From Felis catus (lineage: Eukaryota), in contig NC_058376.1 in the NCBI RefSeq assembly GCF_018350175.1, positions 96,720,001 through 96,784,000 on the forward strand: 64,000 bases of DNA. Reading direction: 5' to 3'. The translations under genes were made by a program, and so were the position numbers. Numbering within the stretch: position 1 is the stretch's first letter; every line of letters begins with the position of its first letter. The notes under the pieces were generated by a model, which did not search any database, was not told the origin of the DNA, and saw nothing but the letters and a program-made list of their open reading frames with translations. Shown one piece after another: positions 50,465 through 62,932 of the stretch.

Positions 50465-52184
50465 CAAAAGGAGCGGAATGAAATCCAAGTCCTCCAAAAA
50501 AGAGACGGAATGCTGTTCTACCTCACTACTCACTCCTACTTCAAACTTTAACTGTTGGACTCACATCATTTTTTGAATGTTAAGCCATTTTTCAAAGGCA
50601 TTAGATTCCCAAGAGGTAGGTACAGAGTCGTTCCAGTTTAAGCAAAATTTAAACACACAAATTTTAAAAAACAAAGTGAAACAAACAAGCTGGCCACCAC
50701 GTTTCTCTTCCTTTTTAGACCACTAAGTTACGAACACTGAAGACAACCCAGGGTGTTCGAGCCATCGCAAACTGCACTCTTTTGACCCTCCTATCTTCCC
50801 AAAGAAGTTTGGGAAGACCTGAGCTGTTGAGAAGTTGCCAGTTAAGAAGTCAGTTTGGAAGCCACTTTCAACCAAAGTTGCGTAATCAGAACTGTTGGTC
50901 TTAAGTATGTGTTTGAGCAATGTATTAAATGGCATTAACATGGACAGTAAAAACTTTGCATTATTTTCTTCCCTGGGGGCATATAATGCAAAACTTCATT
51001 GACTGGAGCCAGTTTGGTAAATGGGGCAGAAAATGCCTGTAGAACTGATGTAATGTTATGAAGAAAGTGGAGCATAAGATGGCATATAAACTCCTAATAG
51101 TATTGTTTCCTAGATTTTCCTTGTGCAGCAAAGTGGATATTCTCACTGCTTTTAAGGGAACAGCCCGATCACAATTAAGGCACCAGTGTGTATGTTTCCT
51201 GGCACACACATGACTATGGGGCACAGATTAGAATTCATTTCATCAAGCTTTAATTTCATGTTCAGCCCCTTAAAAGTTCCATATCTTTTAACTATGCTGC
51301 CAGCAACCTGTTATCTGGTATAATGAAAAGCAGTGTAACCACTCACCAAATAAAATCCCACATAAAATCTAAACCTCAGCTTCACTTTTCAGGCCCCGGT
51401 TTCATTGCTTCTTCCACCCTCCCTTTCTCTCTGCCAGAGCCTCTAATGAGCAGCAGCAACTCTGGCCAAACCCCGCCCAGTGTGAGCAGGTGGGTTTGAT
51501 GGGATGTGAAATGTAGTTTGCCTCTAACAAGACTACCATTCGTGGGCAAGACCACATGGAGATCAGGCAGAGAGTGAGAAAAATCTAAGCAGATGTTTAC
51601 AAATAAGAAAAAAAATAAATCATACCGTTTGATTATTCATCTGAATAATACTCATGATGTGTCAAAGCCCATTTAAAGAAATATGTCTGGAAAGATGTCC
51701 TTTGTGCTTGTTAAGTGTTAAGTAAGTGGGTTTCTTGAGTCAGAAATACATTTCATCTTCACAAATCTCAGAAAAGCAGAAATTGGATGATAGAATCGTT
51801 TGTTCATTCTTACAGTCATTCATTTGCTTTTAAAAAAGAGGAAAAAAGACAACAACTAACAAGTTCCAAAATAATTATTTTTGCTTTTATTTGTTAGACA
51901 AATCCGTGACTATAACTGTGGGGTTTGTGAAACAAAAGCAAGATTATTTTATTGTTACTCTGATTTGATTATCTAGTAATTTTCTAACAGAAAGACCTTA
52001 TATTTTCATAACTAATACTGTTTGGCTTAAATTATGCTCTATATATGTTATGAGAAGAAAGAAATATGCTAAAGAAACTCAAGGCTGAATGTGAGAATCA
52101 AAACAGATGACGTGATACGGAAAGCATTTTGAAAGTGGTGAACATTTCACAGACTTACAAGCTTACTATTATCTTTAGACGTAA

Positions 52185-52410
52185 GATGGCGTAGAGGAGA
52201 AAGTAGACAGAGTGGGAAGTCAAGTACAAACTTTGCGACTAGCCAGCGTGTGGGGCTGTGCAGGTCCTTCACCCTCCTAAAGACTTAGTTTCTGTTTACT
52301 TAAAAATTCCCTGTAATAACTGCCCTATCCATCCACCACCCAAGCTTACTGTGAGAGTCAAATGTATCTAAAAGCACTCCTTTGAACTACAAAGCACAGT
52401 AAGTGATTCT
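52185..52410 (+). mobile_element. MIR SINE
   Basis: gacttagtttctgtttacttaaaa...actgtgagagtcaaatg...aaagcactcctttgaactacaaagcac. Confidence 0.5.
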
Positions 52411-52689
52411 GAAATTTGTGAAATGTGTTCTTGATTACGGTCGCCATTTGGGAGAACTACAACACAATTTCAGAAATCAGGAAATTTCAGGATCCCGTTC
52501 ATTACCCACGCAGGAATTCAAGTGCTTCAGTAAATGTTCATTTGTAAATGTGATTAGTATTAATAAAAGACCCTATCCAATTAAAGCCTTTGGACCTAGA
52601 AGTATAAACACAAATATAATTCATGGATTTCTTAATTGACTTGCTATGTTGATAATAGCTGTATTTTTTAAATTTACAGTTTTCTTTTT

Positions 52690-52909
52690 TGTAATTTTTT
52701 TTTTAACGTTTACTTATTTTTGAGAGAGAGACAGAGACAGAGGGCAAGCGGGGGTGGGGGGGAAGAGAGAGAGGGAAACACAGAATCCAAAGCAGCCTCC
52801 AGACTCTAAGCTGTCAGAACAGAGCCCCACGCGGGGCTCCAACCCACGAACCGGGAGATCGTGACCTGAGCCAAAGTCAGACGCTTAACCGACAGCCACC
52901 CAGGCGCCC
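52690..52909 (-). mobile_element. Can-SINE (SINEC_Fc type)
   Basis: Perfect TSD tacagttttcttttt at 52675-52689 and 52910-52924. Confidence 0.96.
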
Positions 52910-53160
52910 TACAGTTTTCTTTTTCATACAAGTAAAAGAATGTGTGTCATGTATGTATTGTAAAGTGATACAGAATGTAATAAGAAATATGTAATTAAGC
53001 ACAAGAATATACCCAACAACGATGGGCCTAAGAACTAGGATAGAAGTAAAAATGTGTATATTAAATAGAGTCCTGGTAGGAAAAAGGTGAGATACTTAAG
53101 AGTTTAGCTGAAAATAATACTGCACCAACAATGACTAAGACTTTCCATATCTTCTCTATC

Positions 53161-53462
53161 TGAACAACACGGGTTTAAACTGTGTGGGCCCACTTTTATG
53201 TGGATCTTTTACAGTAAAGTGCTTTAAATGTACTTTCTCTCCCTTATGAACCCTTAATAACATTTTCTTTTTTTCTAGACTAATTTACTGTTAGAATACA
53301 GTATATAATACATATAACCTACGAAATATGTGTTAATCGACTATTCATGCTATCAATAAGGCTTCCGATCAATGGTGGGCTATTAGTTAAGAATCAAAAG
53401 TTACATGCAGATTTTCAGCTGGGTCAGCACCCCTAACCGCCACATTGTTCAAAGGTCAACTA
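53161..53462 (+). mobile_element. Tigger2a DNA transposon, left TIR partly lost
   Basis: tgaacaacacgggtttaaactgtgtgggcccactt...cattgttcaaaggtcaac; reverse-complement homologue of 8943-9270. Confidence 0.88.
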
Positions 53463-55085
53463 TCTTGTGTTGTTGAATTCTTAGTTTCTGCCAATTGAGT
53501 GGGTAAAATGGTGGCTATCACATTTCATCTTAATTTTCATTTCCTTTATTACTAGTGAGATTGAATTGCTTTTCATAATTTTGCTTACCAAAAATCTTTC
53601 CTCTTTCATGAAACTTCTGTTCATATCTTTTGCCCAGTTTTCCATAGAGTAGTAGTGTTAGTGACTTATGAGGTTTCTTTTTAATATCTGAGACAATAAT
53701 CTTTTGTTGGCTATATGTATTGCAAATATCTTCTCAGAGCTTGCGACTTGTGTTTTCATTTTATTTTGAGGCACAGTTGTTAACGGAATCATATTCATCA
53801 ATCTTTTTTTTGTGGTTGATGCTTTTATGCATTATTTAAGAAAGTCTTCTATACCCTAATTTCAGAGTGATATTTCCTATATTTTTTGAAAAAAAATTAG
53901 TTTTATATTACATATATAAATATTTAAATCATTAGCTTTAATATGATGAAAGGAGGGTCCTACTTTAATTTTTTAATATAAATTGACGTTTTAAAGCTAC
54001 ATTTATCAAATAGTCTATCATCTTCCCAGTGATCTGCCATGACACCCCTATATTTATCAAGGGTTCTTCTGTGCCTGAACTTGTATTCTGTCCTATGGGT
54101 CATTCTGTGTGCCCATCGTGCCAACACCATGCTTTCTTATTTACTAAGGCTTTATCTTAATACATTATATCTGGTAGGACAATTCATTCCTCTCTATTCT
54201 TCTTCCTCATGAATATCTTAGCTAATGTTGGCTCTTTTCTCTTCTATGTAAATATTAGAATCTGATTTAAAAATCCTACAGAAAACTCAATTAGAATTTT
54301 AATCAGACTAGCGTTAAAGCTACATATCAGTTCGGGGACATTTGATATCTTTATGAAACTGAATATATCTTCATAACACTGAATATATCTTCATAGAAAA
54401 TATCTCTCCATTAATTTAGATCTTGGTAAAATTATTTGAATGAAGTTTTAAAATATATTACAAAAGATCTTACACATCTGTTGTTTGATTTCCTTTAAGA
54501 GACCTAGTTTTATTGCTATTACAAATGACATGTAAAAATATTTTCTGATCTTCATTCCTACTCTATAAAAGTACAACTGATTACTGCACATTAATTTAAC
54601 ATTCTGTTAACTTGCTATATATACTCATGTTATAGTCAACAATTCATATTAGATTCTTCTGGTGTTGTTTCTTCCTTTTTGGTGTTTTTAATTTCTTTTT
54701 ATATTCTTGGATCAGCTAGGATAGTCGAGGCTTGCCTATAACCTAATATAAATGTAATCATTTTTGTAAATACTATAATTATGCTTAAGAAGAATGTATA
54801 TGTTATAATTTAGGATGCAGATATATATCTATATGTCTCTACTTACATCAAGTTTATCAAATTTTTCCTATATCTCTATTTTGTGTGCTTTGGCCTATCA
54901 ATAATTAAAAGCATGTTGAATTTACCATTATGAAAGTGGACTTATCAGTTTTACTTGTAGGACTATTCACTTTTTATACGTACGTGTTATAAGGGCATTT
55001 TATTGGGTTTATGCAAATGATGTCTTCCATGTGAATTAAACTTTAGTCATTATGTAATAATCCTCTCTATACCTAAAATAGCTTT

Positions 55086-55410
55086 AAAAATCCTTCAAAT
55101 ATCTACTTTAAAAACTCATCTTAATCATTTTTAAGGGTATTGTTCAGTGGCATTAGTACTCTCACAATGTTGTGCTACCATCATAACTATCCATTTCCAG
55201 AATTTTTTTCTTACCCTAAACAATACCCCCTAAATAATAACTCCCCATTCCCTCATAAGCCTAGGCCCTGGTAACTTCTATTCCACTTTCTTTTTTTCTA
55301 AGAACTTGCCGATTCCTCATGTAAGTGGAATCATACAATATTTATCCCTTTTTGTCTGGCTTATTTCAGTTAGCATGATTGAAAAGTTTCATCCATGTTG
55401 TAGTCTATAG
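55086..55410 (-). mobile_element. L1MB-like 3' end nested in an older L1
   Basis: ttcagtggcattagtactctcacaatgttgtgc...gtaagtggaatcatacaatattt; degenerate TSD cctaaaatagcttt / cctaatacagcttt. Confidence 0.75.
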
Positions 55411-55961
55411 CCTAATACAGCTTTTTGTCTCAAATTCTATTTTTCCTGATATTACATCACTTGCCAGCATTCTTTTAGGTAGTATTTGCCTAGTATATCA
55501 TTTGAAATCTTTTGCTAGCAGCCTTTTTTTAATCTTTATGCATTAAGCATGTCTCTTATAAATTACATATAGCTTTATTTCCTCAACTCAATTAGAACTA
55601 TTTAACCTTTAATTCACAAATTAAAATTATAATTATTGACATGTTTTAGTTGACATATATTTTTATTTTTAAATTCAAATTTCTATCCTTTTTTCTTTCT
55701 TGTCTTTTAAAACATTGATTGAGGTCGAAATTTCTTTTTCTTTTTCTGACTTTCTTTGGACTTTGCAATTTTTTTTTACCTATTTAATTTAATAAAATCT
55801 AAAGCTAAATAATGTGTTAATTCCCACTCTTCAACAAGAAATGTTTTCAAGAATGTGTCTTAACCATGTTCTAGTTAGTCTGTAGTCCATATTATTTCTT
55901 TAGAGACATTTATCCAGGTCTCTAATATAAACCAATAACACATGCTATATAATTTATTTTG

Positions 55962-56131
55962 NNNNNNNNNNNNNNNNNNNNNNNNNNNNNNNNNNNNNNN
56001 NNNNNNNNNNNNNNNNNNNNNNNNNNNNNNNNNNNNNNNNNNNNNNNNNNNNNNNNNNNNNNNNNNNNNNNNNNNNNNNNNNNNNNNNNNNNNNNNNNNN
56101 NNNNNNNNNNNNNNNNNNNNNNNNNNNNNNN
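55962..56131. other. Assembly gap
   Basis: N run. Confidence 1.
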
Positions 56132-56328
56132 AGAGACCTTTTGCCTTCCTCTGCACTGTGAGGACGCAGAGGGAAGATGGCCATCTCTGAACCATGAAGT
56201 GAGCTCTCATCTGGTACTAGGCACTCTGATCTTGGACTTACCAGTCTCTACAGTTGCAAGAAATAAATGTTTATTGTTTCAGCCACCCAGTTTATGGTAG
56301 TTTGTTATGGCAGCTTGGACAGACTAAG
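56132..56328 (+). mobile_element. MaLR LTR (MLT1A-like) 3' part
   Basis: tgtgaggacgcagagggaagatggccatct...aagaaataaatgtttattgtttcagccacccagtttatggta...cagactaag. Confidence 0.88.
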
Positions 56329-56379
56329 CCAAGAAGTGAAAACATTGTGTTTTCTTGAACTAGAAACCTTGGCATATGA

Positions 56380-56810
56380 CAGCATGGAGTTGGAGATTTA
56401 AAAATATGGGTTTAAATCCTGGCTCTACACTTGTTATTTAACTTTGAACAAGCTCCTTACAGTCTCTAAGCCTAAGTTATTTCTGTTAAATACGATGGGA
56501 GTAGTAACATCTACAATATGGTGTTCATTTATTTGTTCATTTAATGCTTGATAAATATTTGTTTGAGCTACTAAATGACTGATTCTGTAGCAAATGTTGA
56601 GTGTGTGCTGGTGGTAAACAGAATGTACTTATTTCCTGACCTTATAAAATGTACAGTCTGGGAAATACCAAATTAGAAGAAGATCATACAGATAACTGAG
56701 ACAAATTCTCAGAAGAAATTGATGTACAGTAAGAGGCTGTTTAATGGTATTGTGTGTAAAATGTTTGGAATTTAATAAGCACTTAATAAATGATGACAGT
56801 AATTTTATGA
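56380..56810 (+). mobile_element. MIR split by an antisense L2 fragment (about 56520-56720)
   Basis: gggtttaaatcctggctctacactt MIR part; ttcatttatttgttcattt L2 tail; taataagcacttaataaatg MIR end. Confidence 0.55.
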
Positions 56811-56866
56811 GCAATAATTTTCCATTATCTTTGCAGTGACTAATTTATAATAAATAATATGTCATG

Positions 56867-57770
56867 TCATATGATATTTGTCTTCCTCTGACTGACTTAT
56901 TTCGCTTAGCATAATATAGTCTAGTTCCATCCATGTTGCTGCAAATGGCAGCATTCCATTCTTTTTGATCGCCGAGTGATATTCCACTGTGTATATATAC
57001 TACATCTTCTTTACCAGTCATCAGTTGATGGACATTTAGGTTCTTGCCATAATTTGGCTATTTTTGATAGTGCTTCTATGAACATTGGGGTGCATTTTCC
57101 CCTTTAAAACAGCACTCCTGTATCCTTTGTATAAATACCTAGTAGTGCAANNNNNNNNNNNNNNNNNNNNNNNNNNNNNNNNNNNNNNNNNNNNNNNNNN
57201 NNNNNNNNNNNNNNNNNNNNNNNNNNNNNNNNNNNNNNNNNNNNNNNNNNNNNNNNNNNNNNNNNNNNNNNNNNNNNNNNNNNNNNNNNNNTGCCTGATA
57301 GGTATGTAGCCATTCTGACAGGTGTGAGGTGGTATCTCATTGTGATTTTGATTTGCATTTCCTTGATGATAAGTGATGTTGAGAATGTTTTCATGTGTCT
57401 GTTAGCCATCTGGATGTCTTCTTTGGAAAAGTTTCTATTCATTTGTTTTGCTCATTTCTTCACTGGCTTATTTGTTTTTTGGGTATTGATTTTGAGAAGT
57501 TCTTTATAGATATTGGATACTAACCCTTTGTCTGATACGTCATTTGCAAATGTCTTCTATTCCATTGGTTCCCTTTTAGTTTTGCTGATTGTTTCCTTTG
57601 CTGTGCAGAAGCTTTTTATCTTGATGAGGTCCCAATAGTTCATTTTTGCTTTTGTTGCCCTTACCTCCAGAGACATGTCAAGTAAGAAGTTGCTGTGGCC
57701 AAAGTCAAAGACGTTGTTGTCTGTTTTTTCCTCTAGGATTCTGATGGCTTCTTGTTTTATGTTTAGGTCT
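56867..57770 (-). mobile_element. Carnivore L1, inverted 5' segment (ORF2 C-terminal region)
   Basis: ORFs 57104-57442 ([14 protein letters not shown]...[11 protein letters not shown]) and 57557-57778 (WDLIKIKSFCTAKETI) are L1 ORF2p C-terminal peptides. Confidence 0.95.
57151..57291. other. Assembly gap inside the L1
   Basis: N run. Confidence 1.
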
Positions 57771-58075
57771 TCACTCATATGTGGAATTTAAGCTACAAAA
57801 CAGATGAACAAAAGGAAAGGGAACCAAAAGGAATGTAAAAACAAAGAGGGAGACAAAGTATAAGAGACTTTTAAATACAGAGAACAAATTGAGGATTGCT
57901 AGAGGGGGGTTGGGTGGGGGGATGGGCTAGATAGGGAAGGGGTATTAAGGAGAACACTTGTTGGGATGAGCACTGGGTGTTATATGTAAATAATGAATCA
58001 CTAAATTCTATTCCTGAAAACATCATTATTTTACATGTTAACTAATTTGGATTTAAATTAAAAAAATAATAAGGA
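57770..58075 (+). mobile_element. Carnivore L1, non-inverted 3' end
   Basis: ttcactcatatgtggaattt...gatgagcactgggtgttatatg...gaatcactaaattctattcctgaaa...atttaaattaaaaaaa. Confidence 0.93.
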
Positions 58076-59410
58076 AAGAAAGAAGAAATAAAATAGAACA
58101 TTATAGAATCGGCAGTTCATCTACTGTTAAACCTACAATTGTTTTAGGATATCTTTACTTGAAATAAAGGAATGTCTTTAAATAATAAACAAATAAATAA
58201 ATACACAAACAATATTACAAGACAATATGTAATAAAATACTAAGCCATGTGATATAGGCATTATGTTTTTCTTAATGATGTCAAAAAGTTGAGATTTGAA
58301 TAACAATCTAGTTATTTTCTAAAGTAGAATTCAGCACATCATGAAATTGGTTAAACACACTTTCACTAATATATTTTTATCATTTGCATTAACTATGTAG
58401 ACTTGTACTTTCTGCCTTTTCTAAAGGAGCATTTCCATGTCTAAGCTGTATTTGTAAGTTTGTATAATTAATATATTTTATTGTATTGTTTTTTAATTAA
58501 ACATCATCATTTGGTCAATCATTCAATAAATACATATTACCAGGAATTTATCATGTACCACATATGTGTTATACTAGGAGTCATGTGATATTTTGCAGGG
58601 GAAATTGAGGACTGAGCAGTTAGGGGATGAGGATAGCCCAGAACCAAGGAATATGAGATATCTTATGCAATTTATCACATTATGTGTCATGCGATTTTGT
58701 TTTGCTTTTATAAAAACAGGATAGAAATAAATTAATTCATGTATTTACCACATACTTGTCAAGTGTCTTCTATTGTCCAAGATTCTGGAAATACAAAAAA
58801 TAATAAGATACACTCCTTGCTCTGATGTTAACAGTTAATTGGGAATTATTGATGGGTATAGCCAGTGTGATTTAGAAGATGAATATGATCCAGTGTGATA
58901 TTTAGAATACTTTATTACAAGGATTCTAAAATAATTTTTAGACCAGGAGGAGTGAGTCTTATCACATTCCACAGTGCTTTATTCTGACTGCTTTTGTCTC
59001 CTGTAAAAACCAGTGAGTCTAAAATGGTCTCTTAAAAACATCAAGATGAAACTATTGAAACCATGTGACAGAAGCCTATTTTTGCAAGGGCCTTGGGAAA
59101 TATGTATTATGCTTATGATTTGAAGAAAGAAACAAAGAATATTTTGAAATCTGATACTTCTTAGTACAATCAGTATTTTGTATCCAATTCAATCTGTGTA
59201 ATCTGAAATTTATCTATAGTTTCAGTTAACTCATTTTTAAGAAAAGATAAATGAATTTTACGAGGCAAGGGAAGAAATCTTTGTGCATATCAACTAGCTA
59301 TAAGAGCTTTAAGTATTAGGAGCTCAACCTAGTTCGGCCATGGCTTTATTTTTCAGGAATTAAAATTCACTAAAATCTGTGACACTCAGCATTTATCAAA
59401 TTCATTCCTT

Positions 59411-59627
59411 TTTTTAAAAAATTTTTTTAATGTTTATTTTTGAGACAGAGAGAGACAGAGCATGAACAGGGGAGGGGCAGAGACAGAGGGAGACACAGAA
59501 TCTGAAACGGGCTCCAGGAGCTGAGCTGTCAGCACAGAGCCTGACGCGGGGCTCGAACTCACAGACAGTGAGATCATGACCTGAGCTGAAGTTGGACGCT
59601 TAACCGACTGAGCCACCCAGGCGCCCC
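59411..59627 (-). mobile_element. Can-SINE (SINEC_Fc type)
   Basis: TSD tcaaattcattcctt / tcaaatttattcctt. Confidence 0.97.
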
Positions 59628-60081
59628 TCAAATTTATTCCTTAAAATGAAAATGATTGACTGATCAACTAATAATTGGATGATCTAACAGTATGAAAAAT
59701 GACTGGGAAGACTGAAGAGGCCAATCAAAAAGGGTAGACATTCAACTTATAGTTATTTCTTGAGTTTTCTGTTTTGCATATATGTAGTGGAAGGTTTGCT
59801 ACATTGGGTTGGCTTTGAGTCTAGCCATATATGGGCTGTGGTTCTTTATGGAACCAGAGAGAATTAACATAAAAGCTACAAAAAGTTTTTAAATTGGGAA
59901 AAAAATAATATGATTGATAACGCAATGAGTGTATTTTGATCTTTTAATTTCTATTTTCATTGAAACTGCCTATACTTTTGTCTTGTTTATTCTGTTTTTT
60001 TTTTCAATTAAAATGGGAAGTTGTGTGGAATCATAGAGAGCTAAACCATTTGTAGCAGTTTTATTTTTCTTCTCAATGAAG

Positions 60082-60140
60082 TACTTATCATGCATGGAAT
60101 TGGTGGCTATGTAAACATAACACTTTTACGTCTTATTAAG
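60082..60140 (+). other. Candidate exon (59 nt)
   Basis: ttttatttttcttctcaatgaag| acceptor and strong AAG|gtaagg donor; open frame LIMHGIGGYVNITLLRLIK. Confidence 0.3.
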
Positions 60141-60499
60141 GTAAGGCACATCAGGAAAAAACTCAGCAGCTGTTTGGTTTTTGCTTCAAATGCTGTTTGA
60201 AAACTCCAGGATAGTCAGAGTCTAGATAAAGGAGGACAGTGAAATATATTTCAAATGGTGCCCCAAATAATCTTTCGTAATGCTGGGTATCCTTTCTCAT
60301 ACCAAAGTAACAATAATAACAATGAAATAACTTTTAATTAAAATGTTAATAGTTGTAGAGAAAAATACACAAAGATTATTGGTTCTTGAGGCTGGGATGA
60401 AATAAATGTAAGAATATATATCTGAATATATGGAATATATTTGAGTTTCTAGATGATACCTTAAGGATTTGGAATAATCTTTTATCTTAGTGTGAAAGA

Positions 60500-60902
60500 T
60501 GTGGCTGTGGCTTGCTATTTATTCACCAAACTGTTTATCTTTCCTTCCTGGGAAGACAGACTACATTTCCCAGCCTCCCTTGCAATGTTATGTGGATAGA
60601 ACTAATGTGAACCATTTCTGGAACTGGCTTACTTAATCTTCTGAAAACTAAGCCTCCACTCTGTCTCTATGTTGTTCCTCCCCATCTGAGGGCTGAATAG
60701 GAGAACTCTAAGCACCCAGAGGAGGGCAGAGCCACACAAGAACAAAGCCACAAAAGAGAAATTTCTCTTTGGAAGAAAGCCATTCAGAAGAATCACTCAA
60801 CCCAGAATGCTGTATTAGACTTTTGTATGCCAGAGAATAAACTTTTATTATGTTAAGCCCCTAACATTTGGAGTTGTAAGTTAGCTCATCGTGACCAATT
60901 CA
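60500..60902 (+). mobile_element. MaLR LTR (MLT1H/J-like)
   Basis: gactacatttcccagcctcccttgca and gagaataaacttttattatgttaagcc. Confidence 0.8.
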
Positions 60903-61439
60903 AAGAAGGAGAAGAAGTGGAAAGGCTACCATCACATACTAGAATCTGTATCATTTATGGACACATTAAGCATGGGCTGGAGGGCTCTCAAAATTGGTAT
61001 CTGTCCTTGCTAATGTTGTCAGAATTTCATCACTAGAGTGAGAATTCCTCTAGTATCTTTCTTAAAAATGCAAATATTCAGGGAGAGGAAATGTGTTTTC
61101 AGGAGGCCATTTTCCTACATAATAGGAGAAATGGGAGTAACTTCAGAGAAAAAGATGATGTTTGAGAAAAAACGAATGCTAAAGCAGGAGAAAGGTAAGA
61201 AAAGTCAGGGAACGGCAAACATGACTTTACTTATTCCATTTAGGGACATGGTGTCAAAGGTAATGGAAAATGTAATCTTTCTAGTGTTCCTTCCTGGCTT
61301 CATGAATAATGGCAGATGGTTTTGGATGATACTGTCATTTCTAATAAAATGGATTATGCTACTTGATTACTGAAAACCTCTTGTACCTCCCTCTTGATAT
61401 TTTCATATCCTGACTTGTTTTGCATTCACTTTACAGTAA

Positions 61440-62265
61440 AGTACTGTGTAGGGACCTGAAGATATAAAATTGAAAAAACAGTCATGGAGCTTGTAGTCTG
61501 CTTATGGAAAGAGACATGACACATACAATTAGATATTTAAGTACAAAAATGTAGCAATGCAATTAATTATAACTTAGCATAAAAGAACAAAATAGGGTGA
61601 TCTTAGTGCTATATTGGAGGATGTTGAGTTACATGAGTAAGAAAGAGAAAGTCTCTGTGATTAAGCAAATTTTCAGTTTGAAAAAATAGTGGGTTAGGTG
61701 GGTGGAACAGAAGAGAAAGAGAGGTGAATTTAGATGAGTTGGAGAAAGGAGACAGGCAACATTCAAAGAAAGGAACCAACATATGCACAAGTATGAAAAA
61801 ATCTCTGAGATGGGAAGGAACATTCTATATTCAAGAAAAAGAGAAGGACAAAGAGAATATAGGATGAATTAGGAAGGGAGGGGCCAGACATGAAGGCAGA
61901 ACCCAAAGCATTGTGGGCCATTTCAAGGAGTTTGAACTTTATTGTAATAGCAGTGGGAGATTATTGAAGATTTTTAAGGAGGGGAGGTGCAAGAACTGTC
62001 ATAACTTTTTAAAAACCACTTGCCTAACGCAGAGAATGCATTTGAGGGGAACGAGTGCAATCAAGAAGATCTATTTGGGAGTTAAATCTGAAGTCCAGGT
62101 AAAAACTGATAGTGATTTGTACCAGGATGGTGGCAAGGGAGATAAAGAGAAGTTTTAAAAGTCAAGATGATATGTTTAGGGAGTGAAACCAAAGGGAATG
62201 ATCAAATGTGAACATTAAGGAGAAGGAGTAGAGAAGGCTGACCACCAGAATTCAGACTTGAGCCA
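61440..62265 (-). mobile_element. L2 LINE fragment
   Basis: catggagcttgtagtctg, aaggagtttgaactttattgtaatagcagtgggagattattgaagatttttaagga and ccagaattcagacttgagc. Confidence 0.75.
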
Positions 62266-62304
62266 TTGGTGGTTCCTTTTTTCTGTATTCCTTATATTTC
62301 TAAT

Positions 62305-62450
62305 TGTCCCAGGTAAGCTTCAAGATAAAAATACTTTTTTCCTTTAGTGTCAGCTTTTCAGAACCTAGTCTAGTAATGCAAAAAGAATAGATGCTTAGGA
62401 TGTTGAAATAGCCAATGAATGAATGTGTATATGCATAAATAAGTGAATGC
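62305..62450 (+). mobile_element. L2 3' end (degenerate)
   Basis: gtaagcttcaaga...cagaacctagtctagta...aatgaatgaatg. Confidence 0.4.
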
Positions 62451-62932
62451 ATAGCATTTTGATACTTAGTTCATAAACTACTCAGCTGAAGTTTTCAAAG
62501 CTGGTTACAGTCTTTGAGATATTGATTTATATCTTTTATCTCTGTATTATTCTCCTTTTTATTCTCTTCATTCAAGTAGACACCAAGGGTCTGTATTACA
62601 TCACTCAATAGACATTTGTGCAGTTGACTTTAGGAAATTCTATATTTAAACATGGAGGCACTGAGGCTGAGTTCTGAACACACAATAGGGGATGGGGGGC
62701 TGTGAACTTCTTAGCCATATCCTGTGAATTATTGCCTCTGATTGCACTTTCCAACCAACATGTTAGTAACCTTGACATATCCCTACGGATAGAAAAGTTA
62801 CTCAAAATCTTATGGGTAAATTAGCATTCCATCTGATGTAATGGAAAATCAGATAGACATTAATTAATTTTTTATAAACTTAGATTTGTGGCCTGACACT
62901 CATACCTGTAATATATATTTTGTGACTGAGAA

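Larger units (their letters stand above)
53070..55650 (-). mobile_element. Ancient L1 (L1ME-like) fragments with nested Tigger2a and L1MB
   Basis: taattttcatttcctttattactagtgagattgaa, tattgcaaatatcttctc and ttatatctggtaggacaa. Confidence 0.7.

Noticed and set aside
8943-53462. Two oppositely oriented Tigger2a copies as the ends of a composite transposon
   Set aside because: Each is a self-contained element inserted in a different old L1, 44 kb apart; independent insertions
54358-54395. Short tandem duplications here (20-bp period) and at about 42606-42650, 31496-31521 and 29351-29371
   Set aside because: Ordinary slippage duplications with two units and no spacers; not CRISPR-like or otherwise structured
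57104-57778. ORFs with clear protein-like sequence
   Set aside because: They are broken L1 ORF2p fragments, not a host gene
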